From positions 68,402 to 132,401 of the forward strand of contig JAWBDT010000003.1 in assembly GCA_038821645.1 (NCBI GenBank): a stretch of 64,000 bases of DNA. The letters are read 5' to 3'. Positions 44,094 to 53,809 of this stretch are shown here, one piece after another. Under the pieces are notes generated by a model, which saw only the letters and a list, made by a program, of their open reading frames with translations, did no database searches and was not told the origin of the DNA. Numbering within the stretch: the stretch's first letter is position 1; every line of letters starts with the position of its first letter. Made by a program: the position numbers and the translations under genes. Source of the stretch: Ignisphaera sp. Lineage in GTDB: Archaea; Thermoproteota; Thermoprotei_A; Sulfolobales; Ignisphaeraceae.

Positions 44094-44852
44094 TACTTGA
44101 GACTTAATCTCTATATATGATAACAAGTTTTTTAGGAAGAATTTTGTTGATTCAGAAGCTTTAAATGGCAAAACTATTGCTGCCTCTTTTTTAAGCTCTT
44201 CATCAGCATCACCTGTTGCTACACCTATTCCTACAGTTTTAATCATGTCGATATCTGTTACACTATCACCTATAGCTACAGCTTTTTTGAGATCTATACC
44301 AAGTTTCTCAGCCACAATTCTGATGCCTGAGCTTTTTGAACAATATTTAGGGTAGATATGTATGACGTAACCTGTGTATAACGCATGAATCTCCGGGTAT
44401 AGATGCATTATCTTTTTCTCAAGCTCTCTAACAGCATGAACATCACTCTTGATTTCTTTAGGCACATGAAATGCTCTGTCACATAATCTATAAGCATTAC
44501 TTGATGAAGGCTTGAGACCAAAGCTTTTTGAAATTGCATCAGCTAAACTATCTAGAGATTCTTTACATATCTTTAAGACTTCTTCATGCATCTGAATGAC
44601 GCAACCGTTCTCAGCTATAAATATAGATGAAAGACCTAGATATCGTTGCAAAGTCAGTACTACTGGATAAGCATTACCAGAAACAAGATATACAGGAACA
44701 CCTTTTGACTCTAATTCTCTTAAAAGACCAACTACTTCAAGATCTATTACGTAGCTACCTCTAGCTACAGTCATTACACCATCTATATCAATGAAGAGAG
44801 CTCTCGGAATACCACTATAAAGATATTTTTCAAGTATGTTATGCAGATTCAT
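44079..44852 (-). CDS. HAD phosphatase, archaeal phosphoglycolate-phosphatase/SPP-like
   Basis: DIDGVMT, VSGN, AENG, SK..G, GDS.TD.DM; co-oriented downstream of RuBisCO. Confidence 0.8.
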   Translation of the reverse strand: MNLHNILEKYLYSGIPRALFIDIDGVMTVARGSYVIDLEVVGLLRELESKGVPVYLVSGNAYPVVLTLQRYLGLSSIFIAENGCVIQMHEEVLKICKESLDSLADAISKSFGLKPSSSNAYRLCDRAFHVPKEIKSDVHAVRELEKKIMHLYPEIHALYTGYVIHIYPKYCSKSSGIRIVAEKLGIDLKKAVAIGDSVTDIDMIKTVGIGVATGDADEELKKEAAIVLPFKASESTKFFLKNLLSYIEIKSQVSGSV

Positions 44853-44927
44853 GAATCTCTACCCAAATGTCTTATAGAAATAGGTAATAAAGTAAAGGAT
44901 ATTTATTTAAAAAATAATTGTCTTTAT

Positions 44928-46271
44928 TTATATCGGTCTCACATATCCCCATTTCTCGAGAGCTTTCCTAAGTTCTGGATGATCTCTAGCATAATCATCT
45001 AGAGGTATTCCTTTGACGATAGCTTCTAGCGCTTGTCGAACAGCAGCTGCACCAGCTCTAGGACCGTCTGGATGACCTATAGTGCCGCCACCTACTTGTA
45101 TAACACAATCTCTACCTAATACTTTAACAACCTCTGGAAGAGTTCCTGGATGTAGTCCTCCAGATGATGTTGGTACTGCTGACTTTATATGGTAGAAGTG
45201 TTGCTCGAGATGAATTATATCATCTTTATCTGGTGTAAATGGATCTTCTCTAAGTACTTTAGCATTCCTTATGACATCTATGGTCTTCGCCTCTAGTTTA
45301 CCTACTTCTGGTGTACCTATATGTAGTTGATCAACACCTATTATCCTGAAGAGCTTAGCTAATGTAAACATTGAGATACCATGGTATGGATTTCTCGTTA
45401 TAGCTGCATGCATAGCTCTATGTGCGTGGATAGCTAGACCGTATTCTTCAGCTAGATCTCTAATATATGTTAGGGCAGACCATCCTGTGATAACCACGTC
45501 GACCATTATGTATGGGTTACCGTAATCAGCCACAAGCTTTAGTCTTTTCTCCATTTCCCTAACATCAGCAGTAATATTAGCAAACCATACCTTTCTCTCA
45601 CCAGTCTCTTTCTCAACTTTGTCTATGATCTTCATTATCGATTTTGCTCTTGCCTCAAAACGACAGTAACTTGGGCTAACAAGGTTTTCGTCATCCTTTA
45701 TATAGTCCATGCCTCCGCTTAGAATCTCATAAGCTAGTTTCTCTACTTCATCTGCAGTATAACCTATTTTAGGTTTCGGTACTGTACCTGCAATAGGCCT
45801 GTCATAGACTTTGAATATATCTCTAACACCTTTAACACCCTTAACAGGGCCTCTGAAATACTTGATGAAATCATATGGAAGATACATATCCTCTACTCTA
45901 AGCCATTTAGCTCTCCTCATACCGAAGATGTTTCCAGCAACACTAGCTAAGAAACCAGGCATGTTATTCTCTTCAAAAAGCTCTACAGGATATGCTATTC
46001 TGATGAGCCAAGAACCATCGCCCAAGTCTTTAAAGAAGTATGCCCTGCCCTTGAGTTTCTCTAATCTATTCTGATCATACCATACATAGAGTGTAGTCCA
46101 TGTACCCGTACTACTTTCAGCAGCAATACCACCTGCAACCTCTTCTATACTGAAGCCTTCAGCTGGCGTTACTCTAAAGGTAACAATAACATCATTCTTA
46201 AGATCTGGTGCATAACTCTTGTCTACCCATGTGTGATAAGGTTCAAAATCCACTTTCGGTTTATATGCCAT
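44928..46271 (-). CDS. rbcL: Ribulose-1,5-bisphosphate carboxylase, form III
   Basis: AESSTGTW, GNIFGM, KPKIG, DYIKDDEN, HAHRAMH, HIGT..VGKL, SSGG, GGG: carboxylase residue set present. Confidence 0.95.
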   Translation of the reverse strand: MAYKPKVDFEPYHTWVDKSYAPDLKNDVIVTFRVTPAEGFSIEEVAGGIAAESSTGTWTTLYVWYDQNRLEKLKGRAYFFKDLGDGSWLIRIAYPVELFEENNMPGFLASVAGNIFGMRRAKWLRVEDMYLPYDFIKYFRGPVKGVKGVRDIFKVYDRPIAGTVPKPKIGYTADEVEKLAYEILSGGMDYIKDDENLVSPSYCRFEARAKSIMKIIDKVEKETGERKVWFANITADVREMEKRLKLVADYGNPYIMVDVVITGWSALTYIRDLAEEYGLAIHAHRAMHAAITRNPYHGISMFTLAKLFRIIGVDQLHIGTPEVGKLEAKTIDVIRNAKVLREDPFTPDKDDIIHLEQHFYHIKSAVPTSSGGLHPGTLPEVVKVLGRDCVIQVGGGTIGHPDGPRAGAAAVRQALEAIVKGIPLDDYARDHPELRKALEKWGYVRPI

Positions 46272-46561
46272 AGATGCCCAAGCTACTATTATCTTCAGGA
46301 CAGTATAATAAATCTAACGCATATAACCGTTAACATTGCTGAATATTGAGGTACCTAAAACTAGTTCTAGAAAAGGAAAGAATATGGATTGTTATACCTC
46401 ATGACGAGATGTAGTGTATCGCCAATAAATATCAATGTTCAGAAAGAGGTCTAGAAGAATATTGATCTACTAGTTAACATTTCTACTGATACTGATCTAG
46501 AAATCTTCATGGATAAACTTATAACCTTTAGCTACAGAGGCAATAGGTGTGGGAGAAAACT

Positions 46562-47461
46562 ATGACCAAACTACATCTAGGTTTAAATCTTAGTTGGGCT
46601 GTTAAACGATGGCCTATGCCAGAGGAATGGGCAGAAATAGTGGCTAAACTTGATGTAAAGTACGTTCAGTTCTCATATGATCTACTCGATCCCAGATCTA
46701 CACATGATGCTGTAGAACATATGGCTAATCTTATCCTGGACGCTGTAAAGAAGTATGGAATAGTTATCCATTCAACATTTACTGGTTTAGCTGCATACTC
46801 ATTCAATCTACTATCACACCCAGATCCAGTAATGAGATATGATGCTCTAGATTGGTATATGAAAGCTATAGACTTTACCTCCAAGATATCGGTAAAAGCT
46901 ACTGGAGGTCATATAGCTGCTAAAAGCGTAAAAGACTATAATGATCCGAAAAGAAGAACATACATAGACTCAGCATTAATAGATAACATGAAAGCTTTAA
47001 GAATGTATGCTAAAGCAAAAGGACTAGAAATGATCTTATGGGAGCCTATGCCTGTTCCTAGAGAAACTCCTTGGACAATGAACGAGACAGAAGAAATACT
47101 TGTTAAAGCCAATGAAGGTCCTGGAGTCTCTGTACTCCTAAATATAGATCTGGGTCATCAATGTACATTACAGGGTATGGAAGCTGATCCCTATGAATGG
47201 CTAAAGAGATTTGCTCCAAAATCACCTGCAATACATATACAGCAGACGGATGGTAAAGGAGATAGACATTGGCCTTTTACTGAAGAATACAATAGGATAG
47301 GCATCATAAAGCCTGATAAAGTTGTTGAAGCAATAGAAGCTTCAGGAGCTAAAGAAGTATACCTACTTCTAGAGTATATACCCCCATTCGAGTATCCAGA
47401 TGAAGAAGTCCTAAAGAATCTAGAAGCATCTGTAAAATACCTTAAACAATATATACCATAA
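46562..47461 (+). CDS. TIM-barrel sugar-phosphate epimerase, EryC (erythrulose-1-phosphate 3-epimerase)-like
   Basis: HPD..R...DW, KDY.DP.RR, WEPM...RE, D.GH, DPY.W, SP.IH.QQ, H.PFT...N..G.I.P match the EryC pattern as recalled. Confidence 0.7.
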   Translation: MTKLHLGLNLSWAVKRWPMPEEWAEIVAKLDVKYVQFSYDLLDPRSTHDAVEHMANLILDAVKKYGIVIHSTFTGLAAYSFNLLSHPDPVMRYDALDWYMKAIDFTSKISVKATGGHIAAKSVKDYNDPKRRTYIDSALIDNMKALRMYAKAKGLEMILWEPMPVPRETPWTMNETEEILVKANEGPGVSVLLNIDLGHQCTLQGMEADPYEWLKRFAPKSPAIHIQQTDGKGDRHWPFTEEYNRIGIIKPDKVVEAIEASGAKEVYLLLEYIPPFEYPDEEVLKNLEASVKYLKQYIP

Positions 47462-47511
47462 AACCATAAAAGTAATTATAAATAAAATGTTGCACACTCT
47501 TTATGCTATTT

Positions 47512-48114
47512 TTATTTTTTGACAATTTCTAGAAAGTATCTATGTATTCTTGTATCACCTGATAGCTCTGGATGAAATACTGTAGCCAGTATAGCGTCTT
47601 GTTGTACAAACACATAGTTTTCTCCATAGATAGCTAAGGGTTTGACTTTACCTGAGATCTCAATAATTGCTGGAGCTCTTATGAATATAGCTCTAAATGG
47701 TTTTTCTCCTAAAGTAGGTATTTCTAGATCTATTTCGAAACTTTCTTTTTGTCTACCATAGAAGTTTCTGACGACAATCGCATCTAACAAACCTATTGTG
47801 CCTTGAAGTTCTTTTCTTGTTTTTAGATCTGTAACCTTCTTTGCCAAGAATATTGCTCCTGCACAAGTACCTAAGACGGGTAGCCCCTCTATCAACTTGC
47901 TTTTGATCTCTTCAATCATATTGTATCTCTTGGCTAATTTGACTATAGTTGTTGATTCGCCACCAGGTATTATGAGACCATCTAGCTTATTTAGCTGTTG
48001 AGGTTTAACTACTGTTTCCACACTGCATTGTATACCTAATTCCTTACATGATTCAATTACCATATATTTGTGTTCGTCTATACCTCCTTGATACCCAAGT
48101 ATCCCTATATTCAT
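47512..48114 (-). CDS. pdxT: PLP synthase glutaminase subunit
   Basis: PGGEST, GTCAG, RNFYGRQ, FIRAP, FHPEL. Confidence 0.95.
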   Translation of the reverse strand: MNIGILGYQGGIDEHKYMVIESCKELGIQCSVETVVKPQQLNKLDGLIIPGGESTTIVKLAKRYNMIEEIKSKLIEGLPVLGTCAGAIFLAKKVTDLKTRKELQGTIGLLDAIVVRNFYGRQKESFEIDLEIPTLGEKPFRAIFIRAPAIIEISGKVKPLAIYGENYVFVQQDAILATVFHPELSGDTRIHRYFLEIVKK

Positions 48115-48116
48115 GG

Positions 48117-49157
48117 CTATATCCCTCTAACCTGAAGAAGTTCTTCAGGTTTCAACTGCCTTATATCTATACCCATCATACTCTTTGATTCATCTATCAT
48201 AGCCTGTGCTTCTGCTACAGCTTCAGGATCATACCACATAGATGTAGCAAGAACTATTGCTTCTGCTCTTGTTTGAGGATCTTGAGACTTGAATATACCT
48301 GAACCAACGAATACACCATCTGCTCCAAGCCACATAAGTAGAGCTGCATCAGCAGGTGTAGCTATGCCTCCAGCTGCGAAATTAACTACAGGGAGTCTCT
48401 TCAGCTTAGCTGTAAGATCTACTAGTTCATAGGGTACACCATACTCTCTAGCTTTCTTCATTCTATCCTCTGGAGCTATGCTGACAACAACCATTATGCT
48501 CTCCATTATTGACCTCATATGTTTCACAGCTTCAGAAACATTCCCTGTGCCCGCCTCTCCCTTAGTTCTGATCATCGATGCTCCTTCATATATTCTTCTC
48601 AAAGCTTCTCCAAGATCTCTAGCACCATTAACAAACGGTATCCTGAAGAGCCACTTATTTATATGTCTTTCCTCATCTGCAGGTGTCAAAACTTCGGATT
48701 CATCTATCATATCTACACCTATTTGTTCGAGAACTCTTGCCTCCATGTAGTGACCTATTCTAACCTTAGCCATAACCGGTATAGTTACAGATTCAAGAAC
48801 CTCCTCTATCCTTTTAATACTAGCCATTCTAGCTACACCACCACTTTTCCTAACATCATAAGGAAGTTTATCTAAAACCATAACCGAAACTGCTCCAGCT
48901 TCTTCAGCTATTACTGCTTGCTCAACATTAGTAACATCCATACATACGCCATATTTTTGGAATACAGGAAATCCGTACTTAACCTTCAGCGTACCTTTAG
49001 CAGGAACAACTATGGTCTCTGGCAATTTTTCTGGACCGTATCTAAAGTAGAGACCATCAGATCTAAGTTTATCACTAACCTCGGCTAGTCTGTAGAAGAA
49101 GTCAACTATATTATTGAATCCAACCTCATATAGATGTGTATCAAACAATCTCTTCAT
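48117..49157 (-). CDS. pdxS: PLP synthase lyase subunit
   Basis: [42 protein letters not shown]. Confidence 0.96.
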   Translation of the reverse strand: MKRLFDTHLYEVGFNNIVDFFYRLAEVSDKLRSDGLYFRYGPEKLPETIVVPAKGTLKVKYGFPVFQKYGVCMDVTNVEQAVIAEEAGAVSVMVLDKLPYDVRKSGGVARMASIKRIEEVLESVTIPVMAKVRIGHYMEARVLEQIGVDMIDESEVLTPADEERHINKWLFRIPFVNGARDLGEALRRIYEGASMIRTKGEAGTGNVSEAVKHMRSIMESIMVVVSIAPEDRMKKAREYGVPYELVDLTAKLKRLPVVNFAAGGIATPADAALLMWLGADGVFVGSGIFKSQDPQTRAEAIVLATSMWYDPEAVAEAQAMIDESKSMMGIDIRQLKPEELLQVRGI

Positions 49158-49312
49158 GGCTCAATCAACTCATCTTAGATACATTATTGCTTTCAGAATA
49201 TAAGTGTTAATCTAAGTATTTAATCGATATATCTATATAGAGATAGGTAACACATTCTGAATAGTCTCTCAGAATATAAATTAGAGGCGATACAGAGAGT
49301 TTTTGGTGTAGT

Positions 49313-50050
49313 GTGTTGATTGTGTATGTATATGCTAAGAGTTTGCCTGAGGCATGGGAGAAGAGTTTAGTTGAGCTTAAGAATCTGGGGATAGTTATTG
49401 ATACAGAGTATGGTGAGAAATCTATTGATGCTCCTGCTGTTATAGTTGTTGAAGAACCTTTCTCAGAACCTAGAGTGCATCTCAGAGGTATTGTTGCAGG
49501 TTCTCTCAAGGGTTTGCTAGAGTATGTTGATGAAGTTGTGTATGGTGTTCATGACCATCTTGTTGAGAGATTTGGATACACATATCACGAGAGACTCTTT
49601 AGCTATAGACTACCAAATGGTGTTGTTGTTAATCAGATAGAGAAGATTATTGAGAAGCTAAAGAAAGCACCCTACAGCAGAAGAGCACAAGCAATAACTT
49701 GGCAACCATGGAAAGACCTAGAAACAGAGCATCCACCTTGTCTACAGAGAATGTGGTTTAGAGTTATAGACAATAAGCTAGTTCTACATATACATATGAG
49801 AAGCAATGATGCTTTGAAAGCCGCATACATGAACATGTATGCATTCACAGAACTACAGAGATACGTTGCGCAACAACTTGATGTACCTGTTGGTCGCTAT
49901 ATACATATAGCTGATTCTTATCATGTCTATGAGAGAGACTGGAAATGGTTCAACACATTTGTGGAACAGATAAAGAGCGGTGAATCGAGAAAGAGATGGA
50001 GAACAACACAAGAATATATAGACATGATCAAGAAACTCGAAAACAAGTAA
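49313..50050 (+). CDS. thyA: Thymidylate synthase, archaeal ThyA type
   Basis: YTYHERL, SRRAQA.TW, PPCL, MRSND, SYHVY. Confidence 0.85.
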   Translation: MLIVYVYAKSLPEAWEKSLVELKNLGIVIDTEYGEKSIDAPAVIVVEEPFSEPRVHLRGIVAGSLKGLLEYVDEVVYGVHDHLVERFGYTYHERLFSYRLPNGVVVNQIEKIIEKLKKAPYSRRAQAITWQPWKDLETEHPPCLQRMWFRVIDNKLVLHIHMRSNDALKAAYMNMYAFTELQRYVAQQLDVPVGRYIHIADSYHVYERDWKWFNTFVEQIKSGESRKRWRTTQEYIDMIKKLENK

Positions 50051-50372
50051 CAATCCTAATGATAGCTGATGACGATACCATATACCTCTCATTTATATTC
50101 AGAAACATTGTTCTGAATCTTTCTCAACAATCTATACTTAATGCTCTAAATCAGACTGTTTAGAATACTAACCTATCTTTATATATAGGATACCGAATAG
50201 CTATGTCTCTAACAGAAGTCCTCGAGGTTCTATAACTCTATGGTGTAGCAATATTGATGTAATTAACACAATGAAATGACATAAGGTCTTTTGAGAAAGA
50301 ATCTGAAGAGTTTTAGCACTATATATAGTTTTTATACTAAAACATACGCGAGATTAATTGGTTGTAGCATTT

Positions 50373-51911
50373 ATGGATGAGGAGGAGATTACTGTTAGAA
50401 TAGTATCTGGAAGTTTTATGCTTACAGTAGGTAGCATTATAGCTGATATCGTTGGTCTCCTCTTCAGCATTATTATTGCAAGACTTTTGGGACCGGAAGG
50501 TTATGGTATATGGAGTCTCTCTTTGGTTTATCCGTCCATGGTTGCAGGATTGGTTGATCTGGGTCTCGCAACTATTTTTGCTAGATATGCTACTTTATCC
50601 AATAGAGATAGGAATATATACATATGGACAGGAATAATCTTCAGATGTCTTCTCGGTTTCATTGGGGCTTTAACTGTTTATTTTCTTGCTGATGCTTTTG
50701 CTCATCTTCTCGCTAGACAATATATGGGTGACTATATAAGGATACTTTCTGTATATACAGCCTCTTATGTACTTTTAACTGCCTTAGGGTCTATCTTTAA
50801 TGGGTTAGGTAGATACAGGATATCTGCTTCAATAAATATTTCTCAGTTTATCCTAAGAGGTGTTTTGTCTATCTTATTCATACTCATGGGTTTTGGTGTA
50901 TATGGTGCAGTAGTTGCTTGTTCACTAGCTTATACAATTCTATCAATAATTTATTTCATCATATATACTAAACATGTTAAACCCATAGGTTTTTCAAGAA
51001 AAGCTTTAGCAGATATGTTGAGACTCTCTATACCCCTCTATATAGCTTCTATAGGTGGTATAGCTGTAGGTCCTTTCGTAAGTACTGTTTTAGCTAGATA
51101 TGTATCAGATTATGATCTCGGCAATTATCGTGTAGCTCTAAATGCTTTATCACCCATTGTAGCTCTTCAAGGCGCTATATCTGTAGCTACACTCACTTCT
51201 CTTCCTCTATTGCTAAACAATAGCAACAGTCTTAAGAAGAGAACAGAAGAAGCCATACTCTACTCTTCAACTATATTTATAGCTCTAGTTCTTTGCTATA
51301 TTTCTGTGATCAGTCCCACTATACATTTATTTTATGGTAGAGCTTATGCTGAAGCACCTATTTATGCAACACTTTATTCTATAGGGATAGTGGTTTCAGC
51401 TATTTTAGGATCTCTTGTAGTAGGAAGCTACTTCATAACCATAGGGGTAACCAAATGGAATACTATAACAGCTGCAATTGGTCAACTAACAACAATCATC
51501 TTAGCATTAACGCTTACCTCTAGATACAATGTATATGGCGCTGTAATCTCACAAGCAATAGGATCGATAATATCATCTATAGCTGGTCTCTATATAGCCA
51601 AGAAACTATTCAATCTAGAGGTAAATCTTAAGCCAGAAATTAAAGCTCTATTACCTTCAGTTTTAGCCTATATTGCTACCTACACTATACTAAGATTGTT
51701 AACAAATATTGGTGTAAGCTTTGTAGCAAAAATCATAAGCATTATTATAGGACTTACTGTATACAGCTCAGTATATTTGGCATTTCTACCGTTATTTGTA
51801 GATAAAGGTATCATCAGGAACATAATCATGTTAGTAGGTAAAGTAGAATTTGTGGGAAGAATTCTTAAGCCTTTAGGAGAAGCTTATCTAAGACTAATAA
51901 ACATTGAATGA
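50373..51911 (+). CDS. MATE/Wzx-like polysaccharide flippase
   Basis: ARLLGPEGYG, DLGL, many TM helices. Confidence 0.8.
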   Translation: MDEEEITVRIVSGSFMLTVGSIIADIVGLLFSIIIARLLGPEGYGIWSLSLVYPSMVAGLVDLGLATIFARYATLSNRDRNIYIWTGIIFRCLLGFIGALTVYFLADAFAHLLARQYMGDYIRILSVYTASYVLLTALGSIFNGLGRYRISASINISQFILRGVLSILFILMGFGVYGAVVACSLAYTILSIIYFIIYTKHVKPIGFSRKALADMLRLSIPLYIASIGGIAVGPFVSTVLARYVSDYDLGNYRVALNALSPIVALQGAISVATLTSLPLLLNNSNSLKKRTEEAILYSSTIFIALVLCYISVISPTIHLFYGRAYAEAPIYATLYSIGIVVSAILGSLVVGSYFITIGVTKWNTITAAIGQLTTIILALTLTSRYNVYGAVISQAIGSIISSIAGLYIAKKLFNLEVNLKPEIKALLPSVLAYIATYTILRLLTNIGVSFVAKIISIIIGLTVYSSVYLAFLPLFVDKGIIRNIIMLVGKVEFVGRILKPLGEAYLRLINIE

Positions 51912-52183
51912 AATATAGTACCAGTTTATTAGGTAACTATCTGAGTTCTTCAATACCAATATAGGTGAGGTCCATACATTATCAGTACATCATCTTTAGC
52001 ATTTTGAGCTCAACAGTTTGCAAGCTGCTTAGTGATCTATCGGTGTTTTGAATATTCTTTAGATATTGGAGGTGTATGCTAGTTAGCTCATCTGTAATAA
52101 ACAACTTTGTGTATCACCATATAGATAAGAATGTAGTGTATATTTGAAAATAGATCTAAATCATAGCCACCTAATAGATATCA

Positions 52184-53641
52184 TTAGGCGAGTATTAGTA
52201 AGTTGACTGAATGTGGTTTTAGTTTTACTGTCCTTGTTGATGTAATAGAATAGTTCTTCTCCTCTATAACTACATTAGTTGGAGTTTCAAATGTGTTCCT
52301 ATCATCGATACTTTGTCCAGCAATATATTTGTGTTTTACTATCGAAGGTGCAAAACTGCTTATGTGTAGTTCTACATCAGCTTCTTCTTCTGGATGTCTA
52401 TTTACCATAAATAAGTAAACCGTGTTATTGTTGTATATAGCCGAGGCATCTATGTACTGTACATTTCTATCTAATTCGTTAGATCTATATGATTGCGAGA
52501 ATGCTGAAACGCTAATTATTTTACCTTCTGTTACTTCTGTATAGAGTTTAAATACGTGATATTGGGGTGTCAATAGAATTTTATCATCTTTTGTGAGAAT
52601 CAGAGGCAGTACATTAACTGTTTGAGCAAAACATGCTATAGGCACTATATCTGAAAGTCTTTGTAGAACATTTAGAACAAGAGCTGTAAATATAGCATCC
52701 TTCATGCTTGTTATTTGTTCTAGGTATGGAGGCTGGGCTTCGGGATACCATACGTTCCATTCATCAAAAACAATCCTTATCTTCTTCTTTATACCGTATT
52801 TGTATCTAGTCTGCTCTATTGTGTAATAGATATGTTTAAGGTTCTCCTCTATGTATATAGGCCAGGCAACAAAATCTTCATATGTTTTGCCCTGTCTTTC
52901 TCTAAATATGTAGGTATGTATCGAGAGATAATCTATATAGTTTCCAGCTACCCTAATCATGTCTATATTCCATTCAGGATCATAATCGACACCAACAGCA
53001 ACAAGTTTTATAGAAGGATCAACTCTTCTCATATGATCAGCAAACTCCACAGTTCTCCATCCACATTCTTCACCATCTCTACAGAAACCTACTTGCCACC
53101 ATCCATTTAGCTCGTTGCCTATAGCCCATAACTTAACATTGTAGGGCTCTTTATGACCATACCGCTTTCTTAAAGAAGCATAATACGTTTCTCTATCTGA
53201 GTTGCAGTACTCCACCCACGCAGCAGCTTCTTCTGGTGTACCATTACCTGCATTAACAGTTATATAGGGTTCCGCTCCCAATAACTTGATCCACTCTATA
53301 TATTCATCAGTTCCAAACTCGTTTGGTTCTACTAAGCCCCAAGCTAAATCGAATTTCCTAGGTCTCTGTTCTCTAGGTCCAATACCATCCATCCAATGAT
53401 ACTGAGAAACAAAGTTTCCTCCAGGCCATCTAACTATAGGAGGTTTTATCTCTTTTACAGCATTAAGTACATCAAGTCTATAGCCATTTAGATTCGGTAT
53501 CGAAGATTTTTCTCCAACCCATATACCACCATATATACATCTACCAACATGCTCAATAAATTGACCATAGATTCTTTTATCAAGTTGAGCAATAACCGAA
53601 GAGAGATCAATATATATGTGGGCCTTTATGTTATTCACCAA
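52184..53641 (-). CDS. GH51 alpha-L-arabinofuranosidase
   Basis: YGQFIEH, RWPGGNF, FGTDE, GNE (acid/base), DEWNVW (nucleophile), AQTVNV. Confidence 0.93.
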   Translation of the reverse strand: MVNNIKAHIYIDLSSVIAQLDKRIYGQFIEHVGRCIYGGIWVGEKSSIPNLNGYRLDVLNAVKEIKPPIVRWPGGNFVSQYHWMDGIGPREQRPRKFDLAWGLVEPNEFGTDEYIEWIKLLGAEPYITVNAGNGTPEEAAAWVEYCNSDRETYYASLRKRYGHKEPYNVKLWAIGNELNGWWQVGFCRDGEECGWRTVEFADHMRRVDPSIKLVAVGVDYDPEWNIDMIRVAGNYIDYLSIHTYIFRERQGKTYEDFVAWPIYIEENLKHIYYTIEQTRYKYGIKKKIRIVFDEWNVWYPEAQPPYLEQITSMKDAIFTALVLNVLQRLSDIVPIACFAQTVNVLPLILTKDDKILLTPQYHVFKLYTEVTEGKIISVSAFSQSYRSNELDRNVQYIDASAIYNNNTVYLFMVNRHPEEEADVELHISSFAPSIVKHKYIAGQSIDDRNTFETPTNVVIEEKNYSITSTRTVKLKPHSVNLLILA

Positions 53642-53809
53642 AGGATGGTTTGATGTTAATAGATAATAAGGTTAGCGTATATCGGCTATAGACTAGTACC
53701 TAAGATGTTGAACAGCATATCCCTCGATAGTATACCGAAAGAAGAAAACCTTATATTTCAGACCAGATTAACCTAACTAGCTATATTGTAGAGAAGCTTT
53801 ACGAGGCTA

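Noticed and set aside
44928-46271. RuBisCO-like protein (form IV), as in apiose catabolism
   Set aside because: KPK, KDDE, HAHR, loop-6 GKL, SGG and GGG motifs are all present, indicating a true form III carboxylase.
53620-53641. ATA start for the GH51 gene after GGTGA
   Set aside because: In-frame TTG/GTG codons sit at the predicted TSS, so leaderless canonical initiation explains it.
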